A stretch of DNA of 64,000 nt from a virus: positions 32,001-96,000 of the IMG/VR virus record IMGVR_UViG_3300043499_000238. The stretch is one strand, 5' to 3'. Numbering within the stretch: position 1 is the stretch's first letter; each line of letters begins with the position of its first letter. The notes under the pieces are model-generated. The model did no database searches. It was not told where the DNA came from and worked only from the letters and a program-made list of their open reading frames with translations. The translations under genes and the position numbers were made by a program. Positions 47,187 through 57,116 of this stretch are shown piece after piece.

Positions 47187-50100
47187 GTGCCCGAGACAAT
47201 GATCGGCGGTGGACCGCAACTCCCACCTCGATCTGGTTCGTGGATCGGTGGCAAGTCCACCCCGCTGACCACCATCGGCGCGCAGGTCAAGGTCGACGGG
47301 CTGCGTTCACTGGAGCAGGCGCTGGCGTCGATCGCCAAGCACTCCAAGACCATCCGCGACAACTTCGACGCCATCAACAAGGCGGGCCGTACCGGCGGTT
47401 CGATCTGGAGCAAGCTCGGTAGCGGAGGCGCAGCGCCCAGCTCGGGCAACACATCGATGCCGTGGGCCACCCCGCTCATCCAGCGAGGCCCACAGCCGAC
47501 CATCACGGCTGGCGCACCACAGCGAGCAGCAGCGACGACTGGTGCGGCTCCTGGCGGCGGCCAGGCGCCTCCGGCGGGCGGAGCCACATCCACTCCGTCT
47601 GCTGGAGGCAGTGGGGGCAGCACGATGCCGTGGCTGTCCCGTACCGGCTTCATGCTCTCGGCGGTCACCACCGGGGCCAACATCCTCAGCAACCGCATCG
47701 GGCGCAACATCGCCGAGAGCGCACCCATCTCCTCGCAGATGGCGCTCTTCTCCTCGATGTACTCGGGGATGCCGTACCAGGGCCAGGAGATGCGGCGCTT
47801 CGATGCGTCGGGTCGCTACGGCGGCACCCGCCAGGATCAGGCCGCCACCCAGGCGCTCGCTCTGCGCTACGGCCAGACCCCGCAGCAGGCGACCAACTTC
47901 ATGTCGGGCATCGGCAACATGGTGCAGGCGTTCGGCGGCACGATCTCCTCGACGCAGGCGGCCTCGCAGGCCGGTGGCTTCCTCGATCCGATGGTGCTGC
48001 GTCGTCAGATCTCCTCGGGCATGACCCCGGCGCGCGTTGGCGGTCAGGTGCGCAACCCGATGACGGTGGCGCAGGAGTACATCAAGAACTACGAGCAGCG
48101 CCGCAACGGCGGCACGAAGCTCAACGAGTTCGACTTCATCAACCTGCAGACACCTGGCTCGGCGTTGCGCATCACGTTCGCCCGTCTGTACGGACTCGAT
48201 GACGCCTCGCTCGATCTCATCTCCACCGCCGGGATGCAGACCGCACGCGCTGGTGGGTCGCTCAACTACAACTCGTCGGCGGCGATCGCCGGGCAGCTAG
48301 GGATGGATCGCAGCAAGCTCGGCCTGCAGGCCACCAGCCTGCTGACGACCAAGGGCCGCCGTGAGGCCAGCTTCTTCAACCAGAACGAGGGTGGCATGAA
48401 CACCCAACTGGCCATCGAGGAGTCGACGCAGAAGGCGCTCACCGGTCTGGAGGATGCAGCCAGCGGACTGACCAACACCTTCGCCGCACTCGACAAGGTG
48501 ATCAAGGCAGCGACCGCCGGACTGGGGCTGCTCATGGGCGGCTCGATGCTCGCTGGTGGCATGGGTGGTGGTGGCGGGTTGCTCGGGTTGCTCAAGGGCG
48601 GCAGCCGTTCCGCCGCCGGAGCGCCCGGAGCAGTGACTGCCGCCTTCGGTGGTGGCGGTGGTGGCGGTATCGCTGGAGGGTTGGCCACGGCGGGGATGGC
48701 GATCGGTGGCACCGTGATGGCGGGCAGCGCCATCCAGTCCGCCGTCAACACCAACAGCCTCGGTGGCTTCGCCGGGTCGGTCGGCAAGGGTGCGGCCGCC
48801 GGGGCGATGCTTGGCAGCGTCATCCCCGGCGTCGGCACCATCACCGGCATGCTCATCGGTGGAGGCATCGCCGCTGGGCTGTCCGGCGCCAGTTGGCTGA
48901 CGAGTGGCGACGAGAAGGCCAACGCTGCGGCGCGCGAAGCCTCAGGTGTCCAGGCGTCGAACATGAGCGACAAGGAGATCATCAGCGCCTTCTTCGACTG
49001 GAACCACCATGCCCCGCAGGGGTCGTACGTCCAGGTCGATGACTGGAAGAACGTCACCTCCAGCGACCCCGACACGGCGGGACTCATCGACGTCTTCCAG
49101 AGACGTCGTGCGACGTTGATCGCTCAGTGGATGCAGGACGTCATGCAGCGCGACCCCAATGCGTTCACCAGCATGATGAGCCAGCTCGCCAAGGCGGACG
49201 AGACGACCCCGGGGAAGGAGGCGCAGGACTGGACCGCCATCACGAACGGCTTCCTCGCTCTCGCCTCCAACGCCAAGCCCAGCGACGACGACTACAACTC
49301 GTGGGGCGACAAGCTCATCAAGATGTCGCGCGCCGCTCGGTCACCGTCGTGGAAGAACGCCTACCGAGGCTCGCGTGCGATGTTCGACATGTACACCGAG
49401 TACTTCGGTGGCATCGAGCACCCCATGCGGTTCCAACCGATCTACACAGAGAAGAACTATGCGGTGATGGATCAGTTCGGGACGTCGCTCTCGGACTACT
49501 CCATGGCCAACGTGACGCAGCCGACGGGCGACCCCACCGACACGTCGAGCAACACATCGAACACCGCCAACTCGGCGAACTACTCGTACGTCGATCGCAT
49601 GCCGATGGCGAAGCCGCCCGACGACAGCTCGTGGGGCGGTCTCGACTCCCGCATGAAGAAGCGCTTGCTCGCACTGTTCGCTGCCTCGGGCGGCTCGGTG
49701 CGCCTCGGTGGTGGTGGCGGCACGCGCTCCACCGAGCAGCAGCGCAAGATGTTCCTCGATCGCCACCGGGTCGACCCCAACGGCGACATCACCTGGGATG
49801 GCAAGAAGTGGAGCCTGATCCCCGGCAACGCAGCGGCCGCACCGCCCGGGCGGTCGATGCACGAGATCGGTCTCGCCGCCGACCTCGATGGCCCAGGCGT
49901 CGGTACGTGGCTGCAGAAGAACGCCTCACGCTTCGGACTCAAGACGTTCGCCAACGTCAACCACGAGCCGTGGCACGTCCAGCTTTCCGAGCTGCCCAAC
50001 AGCCGTCGCGAGTACGAGGGCGGTGACTACGGCGCCACCAGTACCGAAGACCCCGTCGCTGCCACCTCCGAGTCGACCCCGGCGAACGCTGGGTTGGCTG

Positions 50101-50897
50101 GTTCGATAGGAGCGTCCGGCCTCGGCGGCACGAGTGGTGGCGCTCTCAGCCTCGGCATGTCCAGCCTCTCCATCCTGCAGGGCGGTGCCCCAGCGGGTGG
50201 TGGCGGTGGTGGGATGGAAGGGACCGGCGGGCAGACCACCGCCAGCCAGACGGCCGACGTCAACTACTCGGGCAGCGGGCCACTCACCGGCAAGCAGATG
50301 GCGCAGATGCTGTACAACCAAGGCTTCCGAGGCGACGCCCTGGTGATGGCGCTGGCGATCTCCAAGCGCGAGTCGGACTGGGATCCCAGTGCCTACAACC
50401 CCAACCGCAGTACCGGTGACGACAGCTACGGCCTGTTCCAGATCAACATGCTCGGCGATCTCGGTGTGTCGCGGCGCAACGCTTACGGGCTGCACGACAA
50501 CAAGGATCTGCTCAACCCGAACACCAACATCCGTGTCGCCTGGGAGATGTCGCAGCACGGCAGCAACTTCAACCCCTGGGGCGGCTACAAGGGGATGGCC
50601 GACAACTACAACACCGACATGGACTCGGCCCGCAACATCGTTGCGAGCATGCACCTCGGTGACGCCTCGTTCGACACCGGCCAGGTCGGTACCGGCGGGC
50701 TGGTGCTGCCGAGCGGTGGCGTCGGTCGCAGTGCCACCAGGCAGGACGTCGCCAGCGGCAATGGTGGTGGTGTTCACGTCCATGTCACGATCCAGTCCAC
50801 CGGCAACTACACCTACGACGCCCAGCGGTTGGCCAAGGCCGCCCGCCCGGCACTGGAAGCGGAGTACGCCGAGGTCTCAGCGAAGAGGAACACGTAG
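47187..50897 (+). CDS. Tape measure protein with M15 peptidase and lytic transglycosylase domains
   Basis: 1236 aa, Gly/Ala-rich; RSTEQQ..APPGRSMHE.GLAADL..EPWH (M15); RES...SYGLFQIN (SLT). Confidence 0.9.
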   Translation: MPETMIGGGPQLPPRSGSWIGGKSTPLTTIGAQVKVDGLRSLEQALASIAKHSKTIRDNFDAINKAGRTGGSIWSKLGSGGAAPSSGNTSMPWATPLIQRGPQPTITAGAPQRAAATTGAAPGGGQAPPAGGATSTPSAGGSGGSTMPWLSRTGFMLSAVTTGANILSNRIGRNIAESAPISSQMALFSSMYSGMPYQGQEMRRFDASGRYGGTRQDQAATQALALRYGQTPQQATNFMSGIGNMVQAFGGTISSTQAASQAGGFLDPMVLRRQISSGMTPARVGGQVRNPMTVAQEYIKNYEQRRNGGTKLNEFDFINLQTPGSALRITFARLYGLDDASLDLISTAGMQTARAGGSLNYNSSAAIAGQLGMDRSKLGLQATSLLTTKGRREASFFNQNEGGMNTQLAIEESTQKALTGLEDAASGLTNTFAALDKVIKAATAGLGLLMGGSMLAGGMGGGGGLLGLLKGGSRSAAGAPGAVTAAFGGGGGGGIAGGLATAGMAIGGTVMAGSAIQSAVNTNSLGGFAGSVGKGAAAGAMLGSVIPGVGTITGMLIGGGIAAGLSGASWLTSGDEKANAAAREASGVQASNMSDKEIISAFFDWNHHAPQGSYVQVDDWKNVTSSDPDTAGLIDVFQRRRATLIAQWMQDVMQRDPNAFTSMMSQLAKADETTPGKEAQDWTAITNGFLALASNAKPSDDDYNSWGDKLIKMSRAARSPSWKNAYRGSRAMFDMYTEYFGGIEHPMRFQPIYTEKNYAVMDQFGTSLSDYSMANVTQPTGDPTDTSSNTSNTANSANYSYVDRMPMAKPPDDSSWGGLDSRMKKRLLALFAASGGSVRLGGGGGTRSTEQQRKMFLDRHRVDPNGDITWDGKKWSLIPGNAAAAPPGRSMHEIGLAADLDGPGVGTWLQKNASRFGLKTFANVNHEPWHVQLSELPNSRREYEGGDYGATSTEDPVAATSESTPANAGLAGSIGASGLGGTSGGALSLGMSSLSILQGGAPAGGGGGGMEGTGGQTTASQTADVNYSGSGPLTGKQMAQMLYNQGFRGDALVMALAISKRESDWDPSAYNPNRSTGDDSYGLFQINMLGDLGVSRRNAYGLHDNKDLLNPNTNIRVAWEMSQHGSNFNPWGGYKGMADNYNTDMDSARNIVASMHLGDASFDTGQVGTGGLVLPSGGVGRSATRQDVASGNGGGVHVHVTIQSTGNYTYDAQRLAKAARPALEAEYAEVSAKRNT

Positions 50898-52168
50898 TGG
50901 CGAACAACGCAGCTCATACCCCAGCCACCGATGCGGTGGGGCGCCAGCAGGCCAACGCCACGTACACGATCAGCAACGACTACCTCTACCCACGGCGCAC
51001 CGTGCCGCCGATGTTGCGGCAGTCGTACCTCGATCGCGGCGCCGAGACCAATCCCTACAAGAACATCGGACTGCTGCGTGGCTTCATCTACCCGATCGAC
51101 ATCAACAGCTCCGAGGCGACGGCGGCGATCACGTCGGGTAATGGTGACGACCCGCTGTCGGCATCGGACAAGGCGCGCCAGGAGGTCGTGGACGCCTACA
51201 ACCTGGCCAACTCAACGGCAGCAGCAGGTGCGACGGTGTTGGCGGCGGCGCTCGCTGCCACACCGCTGGCAGCGGTTGGTCCGTCGCGCGGCTCGGGCAC
51301 ACTCGCCGCCACCGCCAACGACCCGGTGAAGCAGCCCAAGCGGATCCGTTACGCCGAGGGCAAGCAGTTCCAGTTCAACCCGATGGCGTTGTCGGTGACG
51401 ATCGGCATGACCGGCGTGGCTCCCACCGAGACCGTGCAGACCGAGGGCACCGCCGGGAGCATGATGGTCGGCCAGGGCGAGACCGGCATCCAGCTCTACT
51501 TCGATCGCTCACTGGAGACGGCGGCCGCATCACGAGGTGCGTTGACGGTCAACGGTCACTCGGTCGATCCGATCTTCGCCGACATCGGTGTGCAGAAGGA
51601 TCTGTGGGACGTCTACCGGATCATCCTCGGCGGTGACGAGAACTACTTCTCCAAGATCGGCAACAAGATCATCAACATCGACAACGCATCTGGCGTACAG
51701 ATGCAGGTGCGCCCCGGTAGCGCCACCGACATGTTCGGCCGCCTCTTCGACCTCGGTGCCTCCGGTACCAAGGCGTGGGGTCGGCGTGTCGCTCTGTTCT
51801 TCAATCCCAACCTCGTGATCATCGGCGACGTCACGAGCATCGGCTTCGTGTACGCCGAGTTCAACGCCAACTACGTACCGACCAAGGCCAAGCTCGACCT
51901 CGGCATCCAGATCCTGAGCACCACCTCGGAGTCGGGCGCCGACGCCTTCAACGGCACCGACACCACCACCGACACCACCGACGACAGCACCAGCAGTTCC
52001 AGCAGCAGCTCCAGCTCCAGCAGCAACGACGACACTCCCAACGCCTCGACCGTCAACGGTGCGGTGCGTACGGTCAACGGCCGTGTCGTCGTCACGCGCT
52101 CCACGCCCAACGGTGGTGGCTCGAACACCTACACCGTCAACCCAGTCGATCTCCACCTCCAGGTCTGA
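50897..52168 (+). CDS. Baseplate / tube-initiator protein
   Basis: FQFNP motif; follows the tape measure gene. Confidence 0.6.
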   Translation: MANNAAHTPATDAVGRQQANATYTISNDYLYPRRTVPPMLRQSYLDRGAETNPYKNIGLLRGFIYPIDINSSEATAAITSGNGDDPLSASDKARQEVVDAYNLANSTAAAGATVLAAALAATPLAAVGPSRGSGTLAATANDPVKQPKRIRYAEGKQFQFNPMALSVTIGMTGVAPTETVQTEGTAGSMMVGQGETGIQLYFDRSLETAAASRGALTVNGHSVDPIFADIGVQKDLWDVYRIILGGDENYFSKIGNKIINIDNASGVQMQVRPGSATDMFGRLFDLGASGTKAWGRRVALFFNPNLVIIGDVTSIGFVYAEFNANYVPTKAKLDLGIQILSTTSESGADAFNGTDTTTDTTDDSTSSSSSSSSSSSNDDTPNASTVNGAVRTVNGRVVVTRSTPNGGGSNTYTVNPVDLHLQV

Positions 52169-52174
52169 GGCACC

Positions 52175-52441
52175 ATGACCGCTCGCTACGCCAACGAACA
52201 GCTCGTCTCGATGCCGCACGCCAGTGGCGTGCAGGTGCAGACCGTGATCCGGCGGCCGCACTTCTGGATCAACCAGCCGTACATCACGTACACGCTCACC
52301 GCCGCCGATGCGATGTGGACCATCGCCGATCGGTACTACCTCAACTCGCAGGACTGGTGGGTGATCGCCGATCTCAACCCGCACTTCCCCTGCCCCGACG
52401 ACTTGCTGTACGGGATGACGCTGCTGATCCCTGTGGGCTGA
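52175..52441 (+). CDS. LysM / gpX-like baseplate protein
   Basis: D.MWTIADRYY...WWVIADLNP...GMTLLIP. Confidence 0.8.
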   Translation: MTARYANEQLVSMPHASGVQVQTVIRRPHFWINQPYITYTLTAADAMWTIADRYYLNSQDWWVIADLNPHFPCPDDLLYGMTLLIPVG

Positions 52442-52442
52442 C

Positions 52443-53465
52443 ATGGGCGACACCTTCATGGTCGGTGACCTTGCTCTGCAGGCCACCACGTTCACCATCG
52501 AGGAGCGTTGCGGGCAGCACGACCTGCTGTCGATCTCGGGCACACAGTCGACGGCGTTGACGAAGTACGCCGGGCAGCCCGCCAAGCTGACCGCCTGGCA
52601 GGGGTCGGCCACGCGCGCCATCCACGGGTATCTCGACACCCACGCCATCTCCACCGGCTTCAACAAGGACATGGTCGTCACCGGCTACGTGCTCGGTGCG
52701 TCGAGCGTGATGCGCTCGGGCGCCGAGCGCCAGTGGAAGGACAAGCGCCCCTTCGACATCGCCCGCGACATCGTGCGTCCCTACGGCTTCTGCCTGGAGA
52801 TGGACACGTACCAGTACACGATCCCGCTGTTCGTGCAGTCGGCCGAGAGCGACTGGCAGTTGCTCGCTCGGCTGGCTCAGGAGATCGGCATGGCGCTGAT
52901 CGGTACCAACGTGGTGATCCGCATGGTCGATCCCTCGTTGGAGATCCGCCGACGGCGGATGCGGCCGCTCTACAAGTTCAACGTCAACAAGCTCTTCAAC
53001 TACTCGATCAGTGCCTCGCCGGTACCGCTCGGCTACGAGGCGCGCGTGTTCGCTGGCGTCGACAAGTTCGGCGAGTCGTTCAGTGTCACCGCCAACCCCG
53101 ACGCTGCCGTCACCCTGCCAGCGCCGGAGACCGTGCGCTCACTGGAGGATGCGATCAGCGCTGCCGAGCGCATCGGGCGGCGACGTCACCGGCTGCGCCG
53201 TGCGACGTGCTCGTTGAAGTTCACGCCAGGGCTGCGCTCGGGCACCACGGTGGCGCTGACCAACGGTGCCGACACCAACGTCTGGTTCGTCCACGAGGCG
53301 ACGCACGTCAAGTCGTTCGAGGAGAGCTACACCTCGCTCGTGCTCAACCGCGACGAGGACGACCAGACGGCGACGTCGCCGGTCTGGCAGAGCGTGCAGT
53401 GGCCGCAGCCGACGCTCCAGTCGGCGCGCTGGATCGCACCGTCGCGCTGGGAGCGTGAGCTGTGA
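52443..53465 (+). CDS. Baseplate hub protein (GpD / gp44-like)
   Basis: QSAESDWQLLARLAQEIG motif. Confidence 0.8.
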   Translation: MGDTFMVGDLALQATTFTIEERCGQHDLLSISGTQSTALTKYAGQPAKLTAWQGSATRAIHGYLDTHAISTGFNKDMVVTGYVLGASSVMRSGAERQWKDKRPFDIARDIVRPYGFCLEMDTYQYTIPLFVQSAESDWQLLARLAQEIGMALIGTNVVIRMVDPSLEIRRRRMRPLYKFNVNKLFNYSISASPVPLGYEARVFAGVDKFGESFSVTANPDAAVTLPAPETVRSLEDAISAAERIGRRRHRLRRATCSLKFTPGLRSGTTVALTNGADTNVWFVHEATHVKSFEESYTSLVLNRDEDDQTATSPVWQSVQWPQPTLQSARWIAPSRWEREL

Positions 53466-55204
53466 GCCGCGACATCCTCACCCTCTACGAAGCGCGGGTG
53501 CGCAAGTTCGATCAGTCGACCGGCGTCGCCACCGTGGTGATGCCAGGGCCGTACGGCATGGAGCCGATCGAGGCACCGCCGTTCGCCCGTGGTGTCTTCG
53601 ACCCGTACACCATCGAGCCGCTCGTGGTCGGCGACCGCGTGTTGGTGACGATGAGCGAGAACCAGCCGCCCGAGTGGATCTCCTCCAACAGCGACTGGAT
53701 GGCCAAGGGCGACGATCGCTGGGTCGACATCTACGGCGACCGGATGACGGGGACGTTGGAGATCGTTGCTGGCATCGAGTCGCTGCGGCTCGCCCGGTAC
53801 GGGTTCACCACCCCGCACATGGGCTTCTACAGCGACGACTTCCTCACTCGCTACGGCTACATCATGGGTACGCCGACGGACCTGCGCGCGGTGAGCACCA
53901 GCGGCACGGTGTCGCTGTGGGGAGCGGCCAGCGTTTCGCTGTCGGCCACCGGTCTCGGGGTCACGATCCCCAACCCGAACATCCTCGACTTCGGTGCTAC
54001 CACCCGGCAGATGCTCAACCTCTACGGGTCGACGTACGCCGCTGGTGTCCAGGGGAGCACGCTGTTCCTCCGCACGGGCGGTGGCTTCAACATCTACCGA
54101 GGCGGCGTCTTTGCACCTGGCGTTGCCGATCCCGGTGGCGGTGTCAACGTCTTCACGATCCGCAGCGACGGTGTGATCGAGGGCTTCACACGCATCCAGG
54201 GTGTGATGCGGCCGCAGACGGGCGCTGGTGTGTGGGGCAGCGGTTCGTCCTACATCGCCTTCTACAACGCCACGACTGACCCTGACGCTCTCGGCACACG
54301 CACTGGCTACGTCGGCTTCTCAGGTACCGACATGTACCTCAACAACGAGAACGGAGTGAACACTCGCATCGCCTCCGGCTCGGGCGTGCTGCTCTTCATC
54401 CAGAACGTCACCGAGGTCAGTCGCATCGAGCCAAGCGGCCAGGCGTGGGGTCGCACCATCGGCACCTACAACACCACGAGCGGATTCGACATCCGCACCG
54501 ATGGTCGGTTCATCTCCTCGATGGACGGCGGCTCTGCCTACAACTGGATGATCAACATGGGTGCGGCCGACACCAACGGCGGCGTCTTCCTGACACTGCG
54601 CCGCGGCACTCCCACCGCTGCGCAGATCGGCTCGATCACTCAGGTCTCCACGACAGGTGTCAACTTCAACCAGACATCGCACGGCCCATGGAAGGGCAAC
54701 GTTCGAGATCTCGATGACGACGAGGCACTGGAAAGGTTGGCGCGCTGGCGCCCCGTCGCTTACCAGTGGAAGTTCGACGCCGACGGCATGCAGGACGAGG
54801 AGGGCACTCCGAGCGGAGACATCCAGCACGGCTTCATCGCCCAGGAGCTGTACGAGGTACAACCCACCGCCGTCACCAAGGGCTTCGGTGTGCAGACCGA
54901 GGAGAAGGTGTGGGCCGAGCGCAAGGCCAACCACGAGGCGGCGCAAGCGGTACGTGAGATCGAGATCGAGGAGTGGGAGCAGCTCGACCCCGAGACTCGT
55001 AGCGCCCCGCCCGAGCGCATCGCTGACTTCGATGAGCCGGATCCGTTCATGCCGTGGGGGCAGGACAACTCCAAGCTCGTGCCCGACATGGTGGCTGCGA
55101 TGCAGGCGATACTGCGAAAGGTCGAAGCGCAGGAGGACGAGATCGCTGCGCTGCGAGATGAGGTAGCGCTGTTGCGGTCAGCCCCGGGCGGAGAGACCAG
55201 CTAA
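53462..55204 (+). CDS. Baseplate spike (OB-fold N-terminus) fused to a fibre-like body and a C-terminal S74 intramolecular chaperone
   Basis: VGDRVLV..P.W near the N-terminus; S...KGNVRDL..AL..L..W.PV.YQWK...GFIAQE followed by a coiled coil. Confidence 0.75.
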   Translation: MSRDILTLYEARVRKFDQSTGVATVVMPGPYGMEPIEAPPFARGVFDPYTIEPLVVGDRVLVTMSENQPPEWISSNSDWMAKGDDRWVDIYGDRMTGTLEIVAGIESLRLARYGFTTPHMGFYSDDFLTRYGYIMGTPTDLRAVSTSGTVSLWGAASVSLSATGLGVTIPNPNILDFGATTRQMLNLYGSTYAAGVQGSTLFLRTGGGFNIYRGGVFAPGVADPGGGVNVFTIRSDGVIEGFTRIQGVMRPQTGAGVWGSGSSYIAFYNATTDPDALGTRTGYVGFSGTDMYLNNENGVNTRIASGSGVLLFIQNVTEVSRIEPSGQAWGRTIGTYNTTSGFDIRTDGRFISSMDGGSAYNWMINMGAADTNGGVFLTLRRGTPTAAQIGSITQVSTTGVNFNQTSHGPWKGNVRDLDDDEALERLARWRPVAYQWKFDADGMQDEEGTPSGDIQHGFIAQELYEVQPTAVTKGFGVQTEEKVWAERKANHEAAQAVREIEIEEWEQLDPETRSAPPERIADFDEPDPFMPWGQDNSKLVPDMVAAMQAILRKVEAQEDEIAALRDEVALLRSAPGGETS

Positions 55205-55218
55205 CTAGTGTTGGCTGC

Positions 55219-55566
55219 ATGACCGGCTCCATCACACCGCCGCCCGCGGGCACCACCTTCACCAAGGATCCGGTGCTGATCACGACCGTCGTGTTCTTCA
55301 TCATCTTCGGTGTGGCCTCGTTGCTCACGGCGACCGGTGTCTTCTCCGACACGGTCGGCGGCATCATCATGGGCATCATCACCGTGCTGTGGGGCGGCGT
55401 GCAGTTGATGATGGTCAAGCCCGCCACCGTGCCGCGACAACCGCTCGCCGAGCTGGCCTACGAGAACCAGCAACCTGCTGGCTCCGTCATGCCTCCGTCC
55501 ACTCAGGTGGTCGAGGTAGCCGATCTCCCCATCGATCAACAACCACCAACAGGAGCAACACAATGA
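55219..55566 (+). CDS. Holin-like two-TM protein
   Basis: Two TM helices; upstream of the endolysin; leaderless promoter TAGTGT-7 nt-ATG. Confidence 0.6.
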   Translation: MTGSITPPPAGTTFTKDPVLITTVVFFIIFGVASLLTATGVFSDTVGGIIMGIITVLWGGVQLMMVKPATVPRQPLAELAYENQQPAGSVMPPSTQVVEVADLPIDQQPPTGATQ

Positions 55567-55694
55567 GCGACGACGACACCGCCACTGACGTCGAGGCGAT
55601 CCCCGCCGGGGAAGAGACCGACGACGACTTCGTGAGCGATCCCGTCGACCCCGATGCGGATGACGACGACAACGACGTCGATGACGATGGCTGA
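55563..55694 (+). CDS. 43-aa hyper-acidic peptide
   Basis: MSDDDTATDVEAIPAGEETDDDFVSDPVDPDADDDDNDVDDDG; SD AGGAG. Confidence 0.55.
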   Translation: MSDDDTATDVEAIPAGEETDDDFVSDPVDPDADDDDNDVDDDG

Positions 55695-56730
55695 GGTCAA
55701 GTACCCGTACGGGTACGCCAACCCTCCGGCGATGCTCACGCTCGATGAGATCTTCGCCAAGGCGCCGGTCGCCATGCTCCACTCGGAGTACAAGAAGCGC
55801 TTCAAGGGGCTGATGGTCGCGGGCGGCGGCAGGTTCAGCATCGGAGGCGCCGGGCGCACGACCAAGCAGCAGGAGACCGTGTTCCTGCAGCGGCACCACG
55901 AGGTGAAGAGCGGAGGGTGCTGCGGCTACAACGGCAAGCGGTACCAGCTCAACACCGGCATGGCGCACGCTGCGCCGCCTGGTCGCTCGTTCCACGAGCC
56001 GCTCGTGCAGGGTGCGGCGTCGGCTGTCGACGCCATCGGCGACCTCAAGTGGGCCGCCCTCAACTGCGAGGCGTACGGCCTGGAGCAGGCGACGTGGGGC
56101 GGGGAGATCTGGCACTTCCAGTTCTCCGAGTTCCCGCACAGCGTTGCTCAGTGGCAGAAGTCGGGCAGCCCTGCACCGCAGAACTGGAAGCTGCCCACGT
56201 CGGGCGGCGGAGGTGGCAGTCCCACGCCGCCGGTCCAGCCGAACACGTACACCGTCAAGTCGGGCGACTCGTGGTACGGGATCGCCAGCAAGGTCGGCTG
56301 CACGCCGGAGGCGCTGGTCGCCGCCAACCCGCCTGCCACGATGAGCACCGTCATCCATCCGGGCGACGTGCTCAAGCTCCCGAGCGGAGTGGCGCCGCCT
56401 GCGAGTACCGACTGGAAGGCGTACGGCGCCGCCGCCAAGACGCCGCCAGGCAACCCGCAGCTCGTGCTCGGGGTGATCCACCCCAACGCACAAGAGGTGC
56501 AGGCGATCCTCTGCTCGATGCCCAAGCCCGCCGCCGACGGCGGAGCACCGTGCTACCCGCCGGAGAAGGTCGACAAGGACACCGTCAAGGGCGGGCCGCC
56601 GACCGACAACCTGTGGGGCGACCAGAGCGTCGCTGACCTCAAGTGGTGGCAGGGCAAGAACGGGCTGACGTCCGACGGTCAGTTCGGCCCGAAGACCTCC
56701 TCGAAGATGACGAGCGTGCGCGGCAAGTAA
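55687..56730 (+). CDS. Endolysin: M15-type peptidase + LysM + peptidoglycan-binding domain
   Basis: AAPPGRSFHE...D...EIWH; YTVKSGDSWYGIA...IHPGDVLKLP; WQGKNGLTSDGQFGPKT. Confidence 0.88.
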   Translation: MAEVKYPYGYANPPAMLTLDEIFAKAPVAMLHSEYKKRFKGLMVAGGGRFSIGGAGRTTKQQETVFLQRHHEVKSGGCCGYNGKRYQLNTGMAHAAPPGRSFHEPLVQGAASAVDAIGDLKWAALNCEAYGLEQATWGGEIWHFQFSEFPHSVAQWQKSGSPAPQNWKLPTSGGGGGSPTPPVQPNTYTVKSGDSWYGIASKVGCTPEALVAANPPATMSTVIHPGDVLKLPSGVAPPASTDWKAYGAAAKTPPGNPQLVLGVIHPNAQEVQAILCSMPKPAADGGAPCYPPEKVDKDTVKGGPPTDNLWGDQSVADLKWWQGKNGLTSDGQFGPKTSSKMTSVRGK

Positions 56731-56756
56731 CCCCCCAGCACCCTGATCGGAGGACG

Positions 56757-57116
56757 GTGCCTGAGCAACCACAGCGTCCTCCACGAGTGCCGCTCATGCC
56801 TCGTCCTCCGATCAGGAACATGACGGACTTCATCGTCTTCGCCTTCATCACGATCATCGTCTTCATCCTGATGTCGGCGGCGGTGACGCTCGTGCTGATG
56901 TCCATCTTCCGGCCCGAGCAGGACAACGCGCGGCTGGTGACCATACTGGCCGACGTGACCACGTCGTTGATCTCGGCGCTGGTCGGCTTCCTCGCTGGCA
57001 AGGGCCAGGGGCGTAGCGACGCCGAGGAGGCGCACAAGGAGCAGGAGCTGCGCATCGAGGAGATCAAGGCGCACGTCCCAGCACCGACGCCAGTGGGCAA
57101 GGACGGCGACGTGTGA
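56757..57116 (+). CDS. Two-TM lysis-cassette membrane protein
   Basis: Two TM helices and a charged C-terminal tail. Confidence 0.65.
   Translation: MPEQPQRPPRVPLMPRPPIRNMTDFIVFAFITIIVFILMSAAVTLVLMSIFRPEQDNARLVTILADVTTSLISALVGFLAGKGQGRSDAEEAHKEQELRIEEIKAHVPAPTPVGKDGDV

Noticed and set aside
43827-53465. Extracellular contractile injection system (eCIS or tailocin)
   Set aside because: Terminase, portal, scaffold and major capsid are present in the same module, so this is a phage tail.
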